Below are positions 34,600 to 44,067 of a stretch of DNA of 64,000 nt, piece by piece (the first letter of the stretch is position 1; every line of letters begins with the position of its first letter). The DNA is from Gemmatimonadales bacterium. Its GTDB lineage: Bacteria > Gemmatimonadota > Gemmatimonadetes > Gemmatimonadales > JACORV01. The translations under genes and the position numbers were made by a program. A model generated the notes under the pieces. It had not been told where the DNA came from. It saw only the letters and a program-made list of their open reading frames with translations, and searched no databases. Where the stretch lies: contig DASXPG010000106.1 of NCBI GenBank assembly GCA_036493755.1, positions 11,241-75,240 of the forward strand, read 5' to 3'.

Positions 34600-35187
34600 C
34601 TAAAAGGCCAGCGCGGCCAGGATAAGGAACGAACGCGTCTTGTAGCTCGACGAGCTGGTCGTGGTGCTCAGCTTGAGATCGGTGAGGCCATACATATAAC
34701 GCCCTTCGACCGACAAACCGCCGCCGTGCGTCCCGCCGAAACTGAGACCCGCGCCGATGACGCCGGCGTAGCTGGTCTTGGGACGGCCGCTGGGACAGCT
34801 GCCGCTGCCGGCGCTGCAGTTCAGCTCGAAGGAGACCTGCGGACCGGCATACGCGTACGGCGCCACGCCGGCGGTCGGAATCATCAGCCGCAGGTAGCCC
34901 GGGACGTCGATGTAGTCGAGCCGCCGGCTGTCGGTGAAGGACGGCGCCGAAATACCGCGGCGGGCGTAGAGACCTTCGATGCCGAGTCCGATCGGACCCT
35001 TCTCGGTGCTCAAGGTCAAACCGCCGGTCCAGCCGGTATTCTGGCCCAGGCTTCCCGGCAGAGCGCCGCTATCGCGCACGTTGTTCCAGACAAGGCCGCC
35101 CTTGATTCCCACGCCCTGCGCCTGCGCTGTGGCCAGCGCGGCAAAGCAGAGCGGAACGGCGGCGAGCATTGCGAATGATCGTTTCAT
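34600..35187 (-). CDS. Outer-membrane beta-barrel protein (OmpW/PorT-like small porin)
   Basis: Signal peptide ending ATAQAQG, alternating aromatic/Gly beta-strand pattern, C-terminal ...LAALAF with a terminal Phe. Confidence 0.75.
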   Translation of the reverse strand: MKRSFAMLAAVPLCFAALATAQAQGVGIKGGLVWNNVRDSGALPGSLGQNTGWTGGLTLSTEKGPIGLGIEGLYARRGISAPSFTDSRRLDYIDVPGYLRLMIPTAGVAPYAYAGPQVSFELNCSAGSGSCPSGRPKTSYAGVIGAGLSFGGTHGGGLSVEGRYMYGLTDLKLSTTTSSSSYKTRSFLILAALAF

Positions 35188-35307
35188 GATCTCGGTTCCT
35201 CCAGGTTATCTCTGCATACACCGGCACGCCGTACGCCGGTTCCTGAACCACTCGTAAGGCGCCACAAAGCTGGGCGGCGACTGTCACAATGTCCGAATAG
35301 GGTGCAT

Positions 35308-35682
35308 TCAGATCTTGTGATCGCCGTCCGCGCCGTACGCATGGGTGGTCAGCAACTCACGCGCGACGTTGATCCGGGAGATGTACGAGATGGTGTTTTC
35401 GCCGCGCTTGCGCTGCGGCAGCACGAAATGCGGATCCTCCGGGAGGGGGCTCGCCAGCCCGTTCACCATCAGATCGCCGCCATGCGACACGACCTCGGCC
35501 TCGAATCGCTCGATGGCGCTGAGCAGATCGGCCAGCTCATCCGGGCGCTCGCGCCTGGTCACTTTCACGCCGCGGCGGCGCAGCCGGTCGGCGGTTTCGA
35601 TCATCGCCGCGCGGATCTGCTCCTCGCGATGCGGGTTGAGCTCGTGCTGCAGGCGTTCGAAATCGCTTCCCCGATATTCCAT
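35308..35682 (-). CDS. Hypothetical protein (124 aa)
   Basis: Clean ORF with GC-rich third positions. No motif recognised. Confidence 0.5.
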   Translation of the reverse strand: MEYRGSDFERLQHELNPHREEQIRAAMIETADRLRRRGVKVTRRERPDELADLLSAIERFEAEVVSHGGDLMVNGLASPLPEDPHFVLPQRKRGENTISYISRINVARELLTTHAYGADGDHKI

Positions 35683-35768
35683 GTTGCGCTCCTCATTCTG
35701 TCTCCTTGACTAGAGCGCCGCTCACACGGGAATGTTCCGGAATCCTTCAGCGACGGATACACAGGGAA

Positions 35769-36200
35769 ATGAATCTGCGTCAGGCAAAAACCGATGACCT
35801 GCCGGCTGTGAGCGCGCTCCTCGAAGCGCAGCGGCTGCCGCTCGACGGCGTCGCGGACTCGATTCGTGACTACATCATCGCCGAAGAAAAAGGCGCGGTC
35901 GCCGGCACCATCGGCCTCGAGCGCTACGAGCGCTACGGCCTGCTGCGCTCCGCGGCGGTCGCGACCGGCTGGCAGGGAAAGGGCGTGGGCCAACTGCTGG
36001 TGGAGCGGTTGCTGGAGACGGCGAAGGCCTGCGGCCTCACCGACGTCTACCTGTTCACGACCACCGCCGAGCGGTACTTCCCGCGCTACGGCTTCAAGGT
36101 CATTCCGCGGGAGGCGGTGCCCGAGCCGGTGCAGCGGTCGGTCGAGTTCACGTCGGCCTGTCCATCGAGCGCCACGGTGATGGTGCGGGAAATCGCCTAG
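35769..36200 (+). CDS. GNAT-family N-acetyltransferase (ArsN2/amino-acid acetyltransferase-like)
   Basis: MNLRQAKTDDLPAVSALL, the acetyl-CoA motif WQGKGVGQLLVERLL, and C-terminal YFPRYGF. Confidence 0.8.
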   Translation: MNLRQAKTDDLPAVSALLEAQRLPLDGVADSIRDYIIAEEKGAVAGTIGLERYERYGLLRSAAVATGWQGKGVGQLLVERLLETAKACGLTDVYLFTTTAERYFPRYGFKVIPREAVPEPVQRSVEFTSACPSSATVMVREIA

Positions 36201-36269
36201 CGAGGTGAAAAAACCGCGGCGCGACCTCGAGGAAACTCGAAGCCGCGCCGGGGGTTACAGAATGATGAA

Positions 36270-36342
<73 letters not shown>

Positions 36343-36373
36343 GCGGGGCAAAAGTTCGCCAGCGCCGCCGGGT

Positions 36374-37369
36374 TTGGCAAGCACCGGAGTTCACCCGCCT
36401 TTGCCGAATTTCCTTCGCGAGCTGGTCGTGACCACTACGCAGTTCTTCACCTTGCTGCGCAAAGCCGCCAGCGCGTGGAACGACGACGACGCGTCCAGCA
36501 TGGGCGCGGCGCTGTCGTACTACACGCTCTTTTCCATCGCGCCGCTGCTGGTGATCGTGATCGCCGTCGGCGGACTCATCTTCGGCCGCGACGCGACGCA
36601 GGGCCAGATCCTCATCCAGCTGCGCGGGCTGATCGGCGACGCGGGCGCCCGAGCCGCGCAGGATCTCCTCCAGAGCGCCAACAGCCCGGCGAAGAGCGCG
36701 ATGGCCGCCATCGTCGGCAGCATCACGCTGCTGCTCGGCGCCTCGAGCGTCTTTACCGAGCTTTACGGCGACCTCAACAAGATCTGGCGCATTCCCAGCG
36801 CCCCCAAGACGAGCGGCATCGTGCAGCTGATCCGCACCCGCATCCTCTCGTTCGGGATGATCATCGGCGTCGGTTTCCTGCTCGTCGTCTCGCTGGTGAT
36901 CTCGGCCGCGCTCGCCGCCGCCGGCGCCTGGTGGGGCGCGCGCGTCACCGACTGGCCCAGCGTGGTCCAGGCCATCAACGCGATCGTCAGTCTCGCCATC
37001 ATCACCCTCGCCTTCGCCATGATCTACAAGGTGCTGCCCCGTGCCGACATCGCCTGGCGCGACGTCTGGATCGGCGCGCTGGTCACGGCGCTGCTCTTCG
37101 AAATCGGCAAACTGCTCATCGGCATCTACCTCGGCACGACGCGCATCGCCTCGGCCTTCGGCGCCACCGGCTCATTGGTGGTGTTCCTCGTCTGGGTCTA
37201 TTACTCGGCCCAGATTTTCCTGCTGGGCGCCGAGTTCACGTGGGTTTATGCCTATCGCCAAGGCTCGCGCGCCAGCGAGGAGCCGCCCGCACCGGCACCC
37301 CGCCGCGCCGGCCGACCGATCAAGCGCGTCGCGCGGCACACCCGAACCAGGGTTGCCCCCAGGGCTTGA
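36374..37369 (+). CDS. YihY/BrkB (virulence factor BrkB / RNase BN-like) family membrane protein
   Basis: AWNDDDASSMGAALSYYTLFSIAPLLV, six hydrophobic segments, and YYSAQIFLLGAEFT. Start uncertain (TTG 36374 or GTG near 36428). Confidence 0.8.
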   Translation: MASTGVHPPLPNFLRELVVTTTQFFTLLRKAASAWNDDDASSMGAALSYYTLFSIAPLLVIVIAVGGLIFGRDATQGQILIQLRGLIGDAGARAAQDLLQSANSPAKSAMAAIVGSITLLLGASSVFTELYGDLNKIWRIPSAPKTSGIVQLIRTRILSFGMIIGVGFLLVVSLVISAALAAAGAWWGARVTDWPSVVQAINAIVSLAIITLAFAMIYKVLPRADIAWRDVWIGALVTALLFEIGKLLIGIYLGTTRIASAFGATGSLVVFLVWVYYSAQIFLLGAEFTWVYAYRQGSRASEEPPAPAPRRAGRPIKRVARHTRTRVAPRA

Positions 37370-37453
37370 GATGGCGTCCCCACTGGGGTTTCCCCGCGTT
37401 GCCGCGACGCCTCTTACGGGCTCATGACAGCGCTCCTAAGTTAGGCCTCCCAT

Positions 37454-39652
37454 ATGGTGAGCCCGCCCCAGCCCGAGTCGTCGGCCACTGAGCCGGTCCA
37501 CCCGCAGATCGCGGGGCGGATCGGGGGCGCCTCGCCCCCCGCCCGGCTGCGGAGTCTCACCGATGCCGAGACCCTGAAGGCCCTGGTCGGCAACCTCCGC
37601 GAAGGCGTGTACGTCACCAATCTCCAGGGCGAGATTCTCGACGCCAACACCGCCTTCCTCGACATGCTCGGCGTCACCTCGCTCGCTGAGCTGAGCCGGA
37701 TCAACGCCTTCGACATCTTCGTCGACCCCGAGCAGCGGGTCCGCGAGCTGGAGCTGCTGCGCCAGGACGGCGCGGTCCGCGAATTCGAAATCGAGATTCG
37801 CCGCCCCGACGGCGGCCGCCGCACCGTGCTCGATTCCTGCACCTCGGTGCGCGACATCGATTCCGAGGAGCTGCTCTTCCACGGTGTCCTGGTCGACATC
37901 ACCGAGCGCAAGCTCTCCGAGCGGGCGCGCGAAGAATCGCAGGCCAGCCTGGAGCGCTCCACCGCCGAGCTTCAGCGGGCGCTGTCGCTGCTGTCGACCA
38001 CGCTCGAATCCACCGCCGACGGGATCCTGGTGATCGACGCGTCGGGCCGGGTGGAGACCTGCAACCGGAAGTTCCTGGAGATGTGGCGGCTGCCCGAGGA
38101 GCTGGTCGGCACCACCGACCAGGACGGGCTGGTGGGCGTGATGGCCGAGCAGCTCAAGGACGGCGACGCGACGCAGCGCCGGGTGAAGGAGCTGGAGACC
38201 AACCCCGAGCTGGAGACCTACGACGAGATCGAGCTGAAGGACGGGCGGGTCTTCGAGCGGTACTCGATTCCGCAACGCCAGGGCGGCACCATCATGGGCC
38301 GCGTCTGGAGCTACCGCGACGTCACCGCGCGCAAGAGCGCGGAGATGCGGCTGGTGCACGACGCCTTCCACGACGCACTGACCAACCTCCCCAACCGCGC
38401 GCTGTTCACCGACCTGCTGGCGCGATCGATCGGCCGGGCCAAGCGCCGCGACGATTACGCTTTCGCGCTGCTGTTCCTGGACATCGACCGCTTCAAGGTC
38501 GTCAACGACTCGTTAGGCCACCTGATCGGCGACCACCTCCTGGTCGCGATCGCGCGGCGGCTGGAACGGTGCCTGCGCCCCGGCGACACCGTGGCGCGGC
38601 TGGGCGGCGACGAATTCACCGTCCTGCTCGACGACATCATCGACGTCAGCGATGCCACCCGCATCGCCGACCGCATCCAGCGCGAGCTGAACCTCCCCTT
38701 CAACCTGAGCGGGCAGGAAGTCTTCACCAGCGCCAGCATCGGCATCGCCCTCTCGACCTCCAACTACGAGCGCCCCGACGACCTGTTGCGCGACGCCGAC
38801 ATCGCCATGTACCGCGCCAAGGCCCTCGGCAAGCAGCGGTACGAGGTCTTCGATTCGGCGATGCACGCCAAGGCGGTCTCACAGCTCCAGCTCGAGACCG
38901 ACCTGCGCCGGGCGCTGGACCGCGAGGAATTCCGGATCCACTATCAGCCGATCTTCTCGCTGATCAGCGGCAAGGTCCTCGGCTTCGAAGCGCTGGTACG
39001 CTGGCAGCATCCGCAGCGCGGCACCATCCTCCCCGACGAGTTCGTCCAGGTCGCCGAGGAAACGGGGCTGATCGTGCTGATCGGCCGGGTGGTCCTGCGT
39101 GAAGCCTGCCGCCAGCTGCGCGAGTGGCAGGTCCAGTTCCCGCACCAGACGCTGACGATCAGCGTCAACATCTCGGCCAAGCAGTTCCGGCAACCCGACC
39201 TGGTGGATCATATCTCGCGGGTGCTCACCGCCTGGGACCTCGATCCGCGCTCGCTGCGGCTCGAGATCACCGAGAGCGCCATCATCGAGAACGCGCCGGC
39301 CGCCATCGAGGCCCTGGCGCGGCTGCGCGCCCTGGGCATCCTGGTGGACCTCGACGATTTCGGCACCGGTTACTCGTCGCTGGGCTACCTGCACCGCTTC
39401 GATATCGACGCGCTGAAAATCGACCGCAGCTTCGTCAGCAACATCGGCGAGGGAGGCGAGAACAGCGAGATCGTGCGCACCATCGTGAACCTGGCCCGCG
39501 GCCTCGACATGGACGTCATCGCCGAGGGGGTCGAGCGGCCCGAGCAGCTGGCGATCCTGCGCTCGCTGGGGTGCGAGAAGGTCCAGGGATTCCTCTTCTC
39601 GCCGCCGCTGGCTACCGAGTCGGTGCGCGCCCTGCTGAAAGCCCGCGTCTGA
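37454..39652 (+). CDS. PAS-PAS-GGDEF-EAL signalling protein (c-di-GMP turnover)
   Basis: Two PAS-like modules. The GGDEF domain has RLGGDEF. The EAL domain has EALVRW, EITES and DDFGTGYSSL, so both catalytic motifs look intact. Confidence 0.9.
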   Translation: MVSPPQPESSATEPVHPQIAGRIGGASPPARLRSLTDAETLKALVGNLREGVYVTNLQGEILDANTAFLDMLGVTSLAELSRINAFDIFVDPEQRVRELELLRQDGAVREFEIEIRRPDGGRRTVLDSCTSVRDIDSEELLFHGVLVDITERKLSERAREESQASLERSTAELQRALSLLSTTLESTADGILVIDASGRVETCNRKFLEMWRLPEELVGTTDQDGLVGVMAEQLKDGDATQRRVKELETNPELETYDEIELKDGRVFERYSIPQRQGGTIMGRVWSYRDVTARKSAEMRLVHDAFHDALTNLPNRALFTDLLARSIGRAKRRDDYAFALLFLDIDRFKVVNDSLGHLIGDHLLVAIARRLERCLRPGDTVARLGGDEFTVLLDDIIDVSDATRIADRIQRELNLPFNLSGQEVFTSASIGIALSTSNYERPDDLLRDADIAMYRAKALGKQRYEVFDSAMHAKAVSQLQLETDLRRALDREEFRIHYQPIFSLISGKVLGFEALVRWQHPQRGTILPDEFVQVAEETGLIVLIGRVVLREACRQLREWQVQFPHQTLTISVNISAKQFRQPDLVDHISRVLTAWDLDPRSLRLEITESAIIENAPAAIEALARLRALGILVDLDDFGTGYSSLGYLHRFDIDALKIDRSFVSNIGEGGENSEIVRTIVNLARGLDMDVIAEGVERPEQLAILRSLGCEKVQGFLFSPPLATESVRALLKARV

Positions 39653-39655
39653 CCC

Positions 39656-40321
39656 GTGCCTACCAGCGCGCCTCAAAACATCACGACGGTCATCAGCATT
39701 CTCACCCAGCTCGCGCCGCGTCGCGTGCTGGACATCGGCTGCGGTTTCGGGAAGTACGGCGTGCTGGCACGGGAGTATCTGGACGTATGGCACGGCCGGC
39801 TGGACAAGCGGGACTGGACCACCGAGCTGATCGGCATCGAGGCCCACGCGCCGTACCGAAATCCGATCCACGATTTCGTGTACGACAAGGTCCACTACAC
39901 CGAGGCGCAGGCCGCGCTGCCGTCGTTAGGCAGCTTCGACGCGGCGTTGATGCTGGACGTGATCGAGCACTTCGAGAAGCCCGCCGCGCGGGAGCTGGTG
40001 CGCGACTGCCTGGCCCGGAGCCGGGCGTTGATCATCTCCACTCCGTCGGCCTTCTATCCCCAGGCGGCGCATTTCGACAACCGCCACGAAGAGCACCATA
40101 GCCTCTGGACCCGGGATGATTTCGATCCCGGCGTCCAGGTGCGGACCATCCGGGTCGTGGCCTGCGACATTTTCGTGGCATCGCGGGAAGCGCTCCCCGA
40201 CTCGGTCTTCGCGCTGGCCGATCCGGCCGACGTCGTGTACCTGCGTTCCAGACAGAAGCTGGGCCCGGCCGGCTTTCCCTTGTCGCTCCTGCTGAAAGGC
40301 CTGAACCGGCTCCTCTCGTAA
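39656..40321 (+). CDS. Class I SAM-dependent methyltransferase
   Basis: Motif I VLDIGCGFGKYG and post-I/II acidic residues (GIE, LDVIEHF). Starts 3 nt after the GGDEF-EAL stop. Confidence 0.75.
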   Translation: MPTSAPQNITTVISILTQLAPRRVLDIGCGFGKYGVLAREYLDVWHGRLDKRDWTTELIGIEAHAPYRNPIHDFVYDKVHYTEAQAALPSLGSFDAALMLDVIEHFEKPAARELVRDCLARSRALIISTPSAFYPQAAHFDNRHEEHHSLWTRDDFDPGVQVRTIRVVACDIFVASREALPDSVFALADPADVVYLRSRQKLGPAGFPLSLLLKGLNRLLS

Positions 40322-40476
40322 GGCGGTTTGCGCGTCGCGGCCAGGCGACAGGTGGGAACCGGCGGCGACGCGCACTAATTGGTAGCGAACAGGCTCGACG
40401 CCGCCCGGATTTGTCGCGATTTTCGCGCTCACCGCCTCCGGCGATGGGGTTCGCTTCTTGCCAATCCATCGTCGGC

Positions 40477-43400
40477 ATGAATCGCTGGCGCTTGGCGGCG
40501 CTCCTCGCCTCGCTCGTGGCCCTGAGCTGTGAACCAGCATTGGCGCCCACAGCGCCTCCCCAACCCGGCTCGCCGCCTCCGGCGCCGCCGCCCCCGCCTC
40601 CCGGCCAACCCCACACCACAGCGACAAGACTCGCATTTGCCGCCCAGCCGCATGGCACGACAGCCGGGACGCGCCTTCCGGTATTCCAGGTGGCCGTTCT
40701 CGACAGCGCCGGCAACGTGGTCAGCAGTGCACAGATGGGAATTTCCCTGACGCTGGGCGCCAATAAGCCCAACGGTTCCCTATCCGGCCGCGTGACCGCG
40801 ACGCCGGTCCTTGGCATCGCCACCTTCGACAGCGTCGTGATCGCGCACGCCGGCAGCGGGTACTCCCTCGCCGCCAATGGCGGCCTGCTGAAGCCCGTAC
40901 TAAGCGACTCGCTGGCGATCCAGCCCGCGGCTCCAGCGAAACTTGTGTTCCAGGCCCAGCCCGCCACGACGGCCGCCGGCGCGGCTCTCGCTCCGGTCCA
41001 GGTCGCCGTGTCCGACGCATTCGACAATCCGACGCCAGCCGCGACCGGCGTTGTCACGCTCGCGATCGGTCGCGGCGCGACGTTGCGCGGCACCGTCAGC
41101 GTGGCGGCATCGGCCGGCATTGCCACTTTCGCAGATCTCCGGATCAACCGGGCCGACAGCGGCTACGTCATCACGGCGACCAGCGGCGCATTGACCGCCG
41201 CGATCAGCGCGCTCTTCGCCGTGACCCCGTTGAGCGGGACCAGGCTCGTCTTCCAATCGTCTCCCACCGGCGGTGCCGCGGGCTATGCCTTCGATTCGCC
41301 CGTCTCCGTCGCGGTGGTCGACAGCTTCAACAATGTTTCGGCCTCCACCGCGCCCATCACCGTCGCCCTCGGCGCCAATCCGTCGGGGGGTACTCTGGGC
41401 GGCACGAAAACCGTGAATGCTCAGCGCGGGGTCGCGAGCTTCACCGACCTTGCCATCGACCGGGCCGGAACCGGATACACCCTGACCGCCGGCGGGAACG
41501 CGCTGGCCAGCGGAACGAGCCCGGCGATTGCCGTGGCGAATCCGGTCACGGTGCGGCAAGGCATTATGGCGGCGGGCCTGTTCACGACCTGCGGCGTCAG
41601 CACCGGCGGACAGACGAGATGCTGGGGAAACGGCACCCATGGCGAGCTCGGCAATGGACGCCTGCTCCGGAGTGCGACCCCGGTGGCGATATCAGGCGGC
41701 CTCAGCTTCGACAGCATCAGCGTCGGTGCGGCCGACGGCTCCTTCGTATGCGGCATTCGCCACGGCGGCGGCGTCTACTGTTGGGGAAATGATGCCTATG
41801 GATTGCTCGCCGACGGCGGCTCGATCAGCCGAGCAACTCCGGCGCCGATCGCCGGCAGCTCGAACTTCGTCGCGGTCAGCGCGGGCGGCGACCATGCGTG
41901 TGCCTTGGGAACCGATGGTCACATGTCGTGCTGGGGCATCATGGGCGACACCCACGACGCTCCCGGACCGGATCCTTCGTCCGCCACGCCGGTCCTGGTC
42001 AGCCCATCGCTCACCTTCCGGGCCCTCAGTGCGGGCGATGAGCACACCTGTGGAATAGAGATTGACGGATCGGTCTTCTGCTTCGATTTCCACTACGGGG
42101 ATTTCAACACCTCGTTCAGCGGCAACTATCGCGCGATCAGCGCCGGGCTGCTCCATACCTGCGCAATAGCCGCCGACAGCACCGCGTGGTGCTGGGGTCC
42201 GACGGCCGCGAATCGGAATGCGCCTGCCGCCGTACCCGGTGGCTACAAGTTCACCGCCATCAGCGCGGGATTTGACTACACCTGCGGCATCACCACGACG
42301 CAGGATGGCGTCTGCTGGGGAACCAACGACTACGGCGAGCTGGGCAACGGCTCAACCGGGGCATCGACGAGTCCCGTGATGGTGAGTGGTGGCCTGAAGT
42401 TCGCCTCGATCACCGCCGGCAAGAGCGGCGACTGCCTGGTCAGCAACAAGTACGTCGCCTGCAACAACACCTGCGCCGTGACGACCGCGGGCCAAGCCTG
42501 GTGCTGGGGTTATAACGGCGAGGGAGAAGTAGGGGACGGCACCAGCCAGATTCGCCTGACGCCCCAGCCGGTAAGCGGCGGCGGCAGTTACTCCCGAATC
42601 GCGACGAATGGACGAACCAGCTGCGCCATTTCTAACAGCGGAGCCGTGTCCTGCTGGGGCGCCAACTGGAATGGCGCGCTCGGCGACGGCGCGGCGCCGT
42701 CGACCACGGTGCCAATAGCGGTGAGCGGCGGCTTTGCGGCGACGCAAGTGAGCGGACTCGGGCCGGTGCAGTGCGCATTGACGAGCGGCGGCACTACGTC
42801 GTGCTGGGGAAGCGGTCCCGCGGGGTTGCTGGGCAATCCTTCGACCGACACGACCAGCTCACCAACGCAGGTCGCAGGCGGCCACAGCTTCGTCACGCTC
42901 AGCGTCGGGGATTACCACGCCTGCGGCATTGCCGCCGACGGATCCGCCTGGTGCTGGGGCCAGAATGAGAGCGGCGAGCTCGGCGACGGCTCGACGACCA
43001 GCAGTGCAACACCGGTGGCGGTCGGCGGCCCCAAATTCTCCGCGATCGCCGTCTCGAGCAGCGGCCCGTTCAGAAACACCTGCGGCCTTGCCGTCAGCGG
43101 CGAAGCGTACTGCTGGGGCGCGAACAACTGGGGCCAGCTCGGCGATGGCACGTTCACGCAGCAATCGCTGCCGGTTCCGGTGCGCGGCGGGCTCCACTTC
43201 GCTTCGCTGAGCGCGGGCAGCAGCACCGCGTGCGCGTTGACCGCGCAGGGCAAGGCGTACTGCTGGGGCATCGGCAATACCACGCCGACGCTGGTCACCG
43301 GCAATCACACCTTCGCGGCGATCAGCGTGTCCGCGACCACCTGCGCGCTGACGCCGACGGGCGCCGCCTGGTGCTGGGGACTCAATGGTCACGGCCAGAT

Positions 43401-43647
43401 TGGCAACGGTACCTCCGATCCGAACGCGACCTACTTCGATCCGACCGCGGTCAGCGGAGGTCTGAAGTTCGAGGCCATCAGCGGTTCAGGGACCCAGACC
43501 TGCGCCGTCACCACGGGCGGCTCGGCATACTGCTGGGGTCTGAACGCATCGGGGCAACTCGGCAACGGCACGACCAACGACGCGCTGGTGCCGACGCCCG
43601 TCAGCAGTGGCAGCTTTGGCGCCCCCGCTCGCGTAATGCGTCGCTGA
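40477..43647 (+). CDS. Large lipoprotein: three ~95-aa Ig-like modules followed by ~13 RCC1/BLIP-II-type beta-propeller repeats
   Basis: MNRWRLAALLASLVALSC. Three repeats of the form LxFxxQPxxTxAG...VAVxDxxxN...ATFxDLxIxxAGxGY. Then recurring CWGxNxxGxLGNG/DG blades (CWGNGTHGELGNG, CWGTNDYGELGNG, CWGANNWGQLGDG, CWGLNASGQLGNG). Confidence 0.85.
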   Translation: MNRWRLAALLASLVALSCEPALAPTAPPQPGSPPPAPPPPPPGQPHTTATRLAFAAQPHGTTAGTRLPVFQVAVLDSAGNVVSSAQMGISLTLGANKPNGSLSGRVTATPVLGIATFDSVVIAHAGSGYSLAANGGLLKPVLSDSLAIQPAAPAKLVFQAQPATTAAGAALAPVQVAVSDAFDNPTPAATGVVTLAIGRGATLRGTVSVAASAGIATFADLRINRADSGYVITATSGALTAAISALFAVTPLSGTRLVFQSSPTGGAAGYAFDSPVSVAVVDSFNNVSASTAPITVALGANPSGGTLGGTKTVNAQRGVASFTDLAIDRAGTGYTLTAGGNALASGTSPAIAVANPVTVRQGIMAAGLFTTCGVSTGGQTRCWGNGTHGELGNGRLLRSATPVAISGGLSFDSISVGAADGSFVCGIRHGGGVYCWGNDAYGLLADGGSISRATPAPIAGSSNFVAVSAGGDHACALGTDGHMSCWGIMGDTHDAPGPDPSSATPVLVSPSLTFRALSAGDEHTCGIEIDGSVFCFDFHYGDFNTSFSGNYRAISAGLLHTCAIAADSTAWCWGPTAANRNAPAAVPGGYKFTAISAGFDYTCGITTTQDGVCWGTNDYGELGNGSTGASTSPVMVSGGLKFASITAGKSGDCLVSNKYVACNNTCAVTTAGQAWCWGYNGEGEVGDGTSQIRLTPQPVSGGGSYSRIATNGRTSCAISNSGAVSCWGANWNGALGDGAAPSTTVPIAVSGGFAATQVSGLGPVQCALTSGGTTSCWGSGPAGLLGNPSTDTTSSPTQVAGGHSFVTLSVGDYHACGIAADGSAWCWGQNESGELGDGSTTSSATPVAVGGPKFSAIAVSSSGPFRNTCGLAVSGEAYCWGANNWGQLGDGTFTQQSLPVPVRGGLHFASLSAGSSTACALTAQGKAYCWGIGNTTPTLVTGNHTFAAISVSATTCALTPTGAAWCWGLNGHGQIGNGTSDPNATYFDPTAVSGGLKFEAISGSGTQTCAVTTGGSAYCWGLNASGQLGNGTTNDALVPTPVSSGSFGAPARVMRR

Positions 43648-43695
43648 TCGGGCACGCGGATGTCGGTGCGGGTGAATCGGATCGATCGGAGAGCA

Positions 43696-43767
43696 TAGCC
43701 CCAACGGGAATCGAACCCGTGTCCCCACCTTGAAAGGGTGGTGTCCTAGCCGCTGGACGATGGGGCC
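43696..43767 (-). tRNA. tRNA-Glu (anticodon UUC)
   Basis: GGCCCCA TC GTCC AGCGGCTA GGAC A CCACC CTTTCAA GGTGG GGAC ACGGG TTCGATT CCCGT TGGGGCT A. Confidence 0.9.
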
Positions 43768-43774
43768 GATTCAG

Positions 43775-43847
43775 TAGCGGTAACGGGATTCGAACCCGTG
43801 TTTCGGCCTTGAGAGGGCCACGTCCTAGGCCTCTAGACGATACCGCC
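43775..43847 (-). tRNA. tRNA-Glu (anticodon CUC)
   Basis: GGCGGTA TC GTCT AGAGGCCTA GGAC G TGGCC CTCTCAA GGCCG AAAC ACGGG TTCGAAT CCCGT TACCGCT A. Confidence 0.9.
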
Positions 43848-43856
43848 ATAAACGGA

Positions 43857-43929
43857 CAGGCCCGGCAGGAATCGAACCTGCAACCCCCGGTTTTGGAGAC
43901 CGGTGCTCTACCAATTGAGCTACGGACCT
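43857..43929 (-). tRNA. tRNA-Trp (anticodon CCA)
   Basis: AGGTCCG TA GCTC AATTGGTA GAGC A CCGGT CTCCAAA ACCGG GGGTT GCAGG TTCGATT CCTGC CGGGCCT G. Confidence 0.9.
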
Positions 43930-43934
43930 CCGAG

Positions 43935-44009
43935 GGTGGCTAACGGGAATTGAACCCGCAACCTCTGGAGCCACAGTCCAGCGCTCTAACCAATTGAGCT
44001 ATAGCCACC
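43935..44009 (-). tRNA. tRNA-His (anticodon GUG) with encoded G-1
   Basis: G GTGGCTA TA GCTC AATTGGTTA GAGC G CTGGA CTGTGGC TCCAG AGGTT GCGGG TTCAATT CCCGT TAGCCAC C. Confidence 0.9.
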
Positions 44010-44067
44010 AGGGCTCCGGGCCCGGCCCTCGCGAGCCCCAAAAGTTAATCCTGCCTGGCCCCCACTC

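Noticed and set aside
40032-41640. Minus-strand ORFs 40032-41147 (371 aa) and 40900-41640 (246 aa)
   Set aside because: They are antisense to the methyltransferase and RCC1 genes and have no coherent domain pattern.
43696-43847. G1-U72 wobble in both tRNA-Glu genes as a possible anomaly
   Set aside because: It is present consistently in both isoacceptors and is compatible with a functional acceptor stem. I recall similar pairs in other bacterial and plastid tRNA-Glu, so it is not flagged as unusual.
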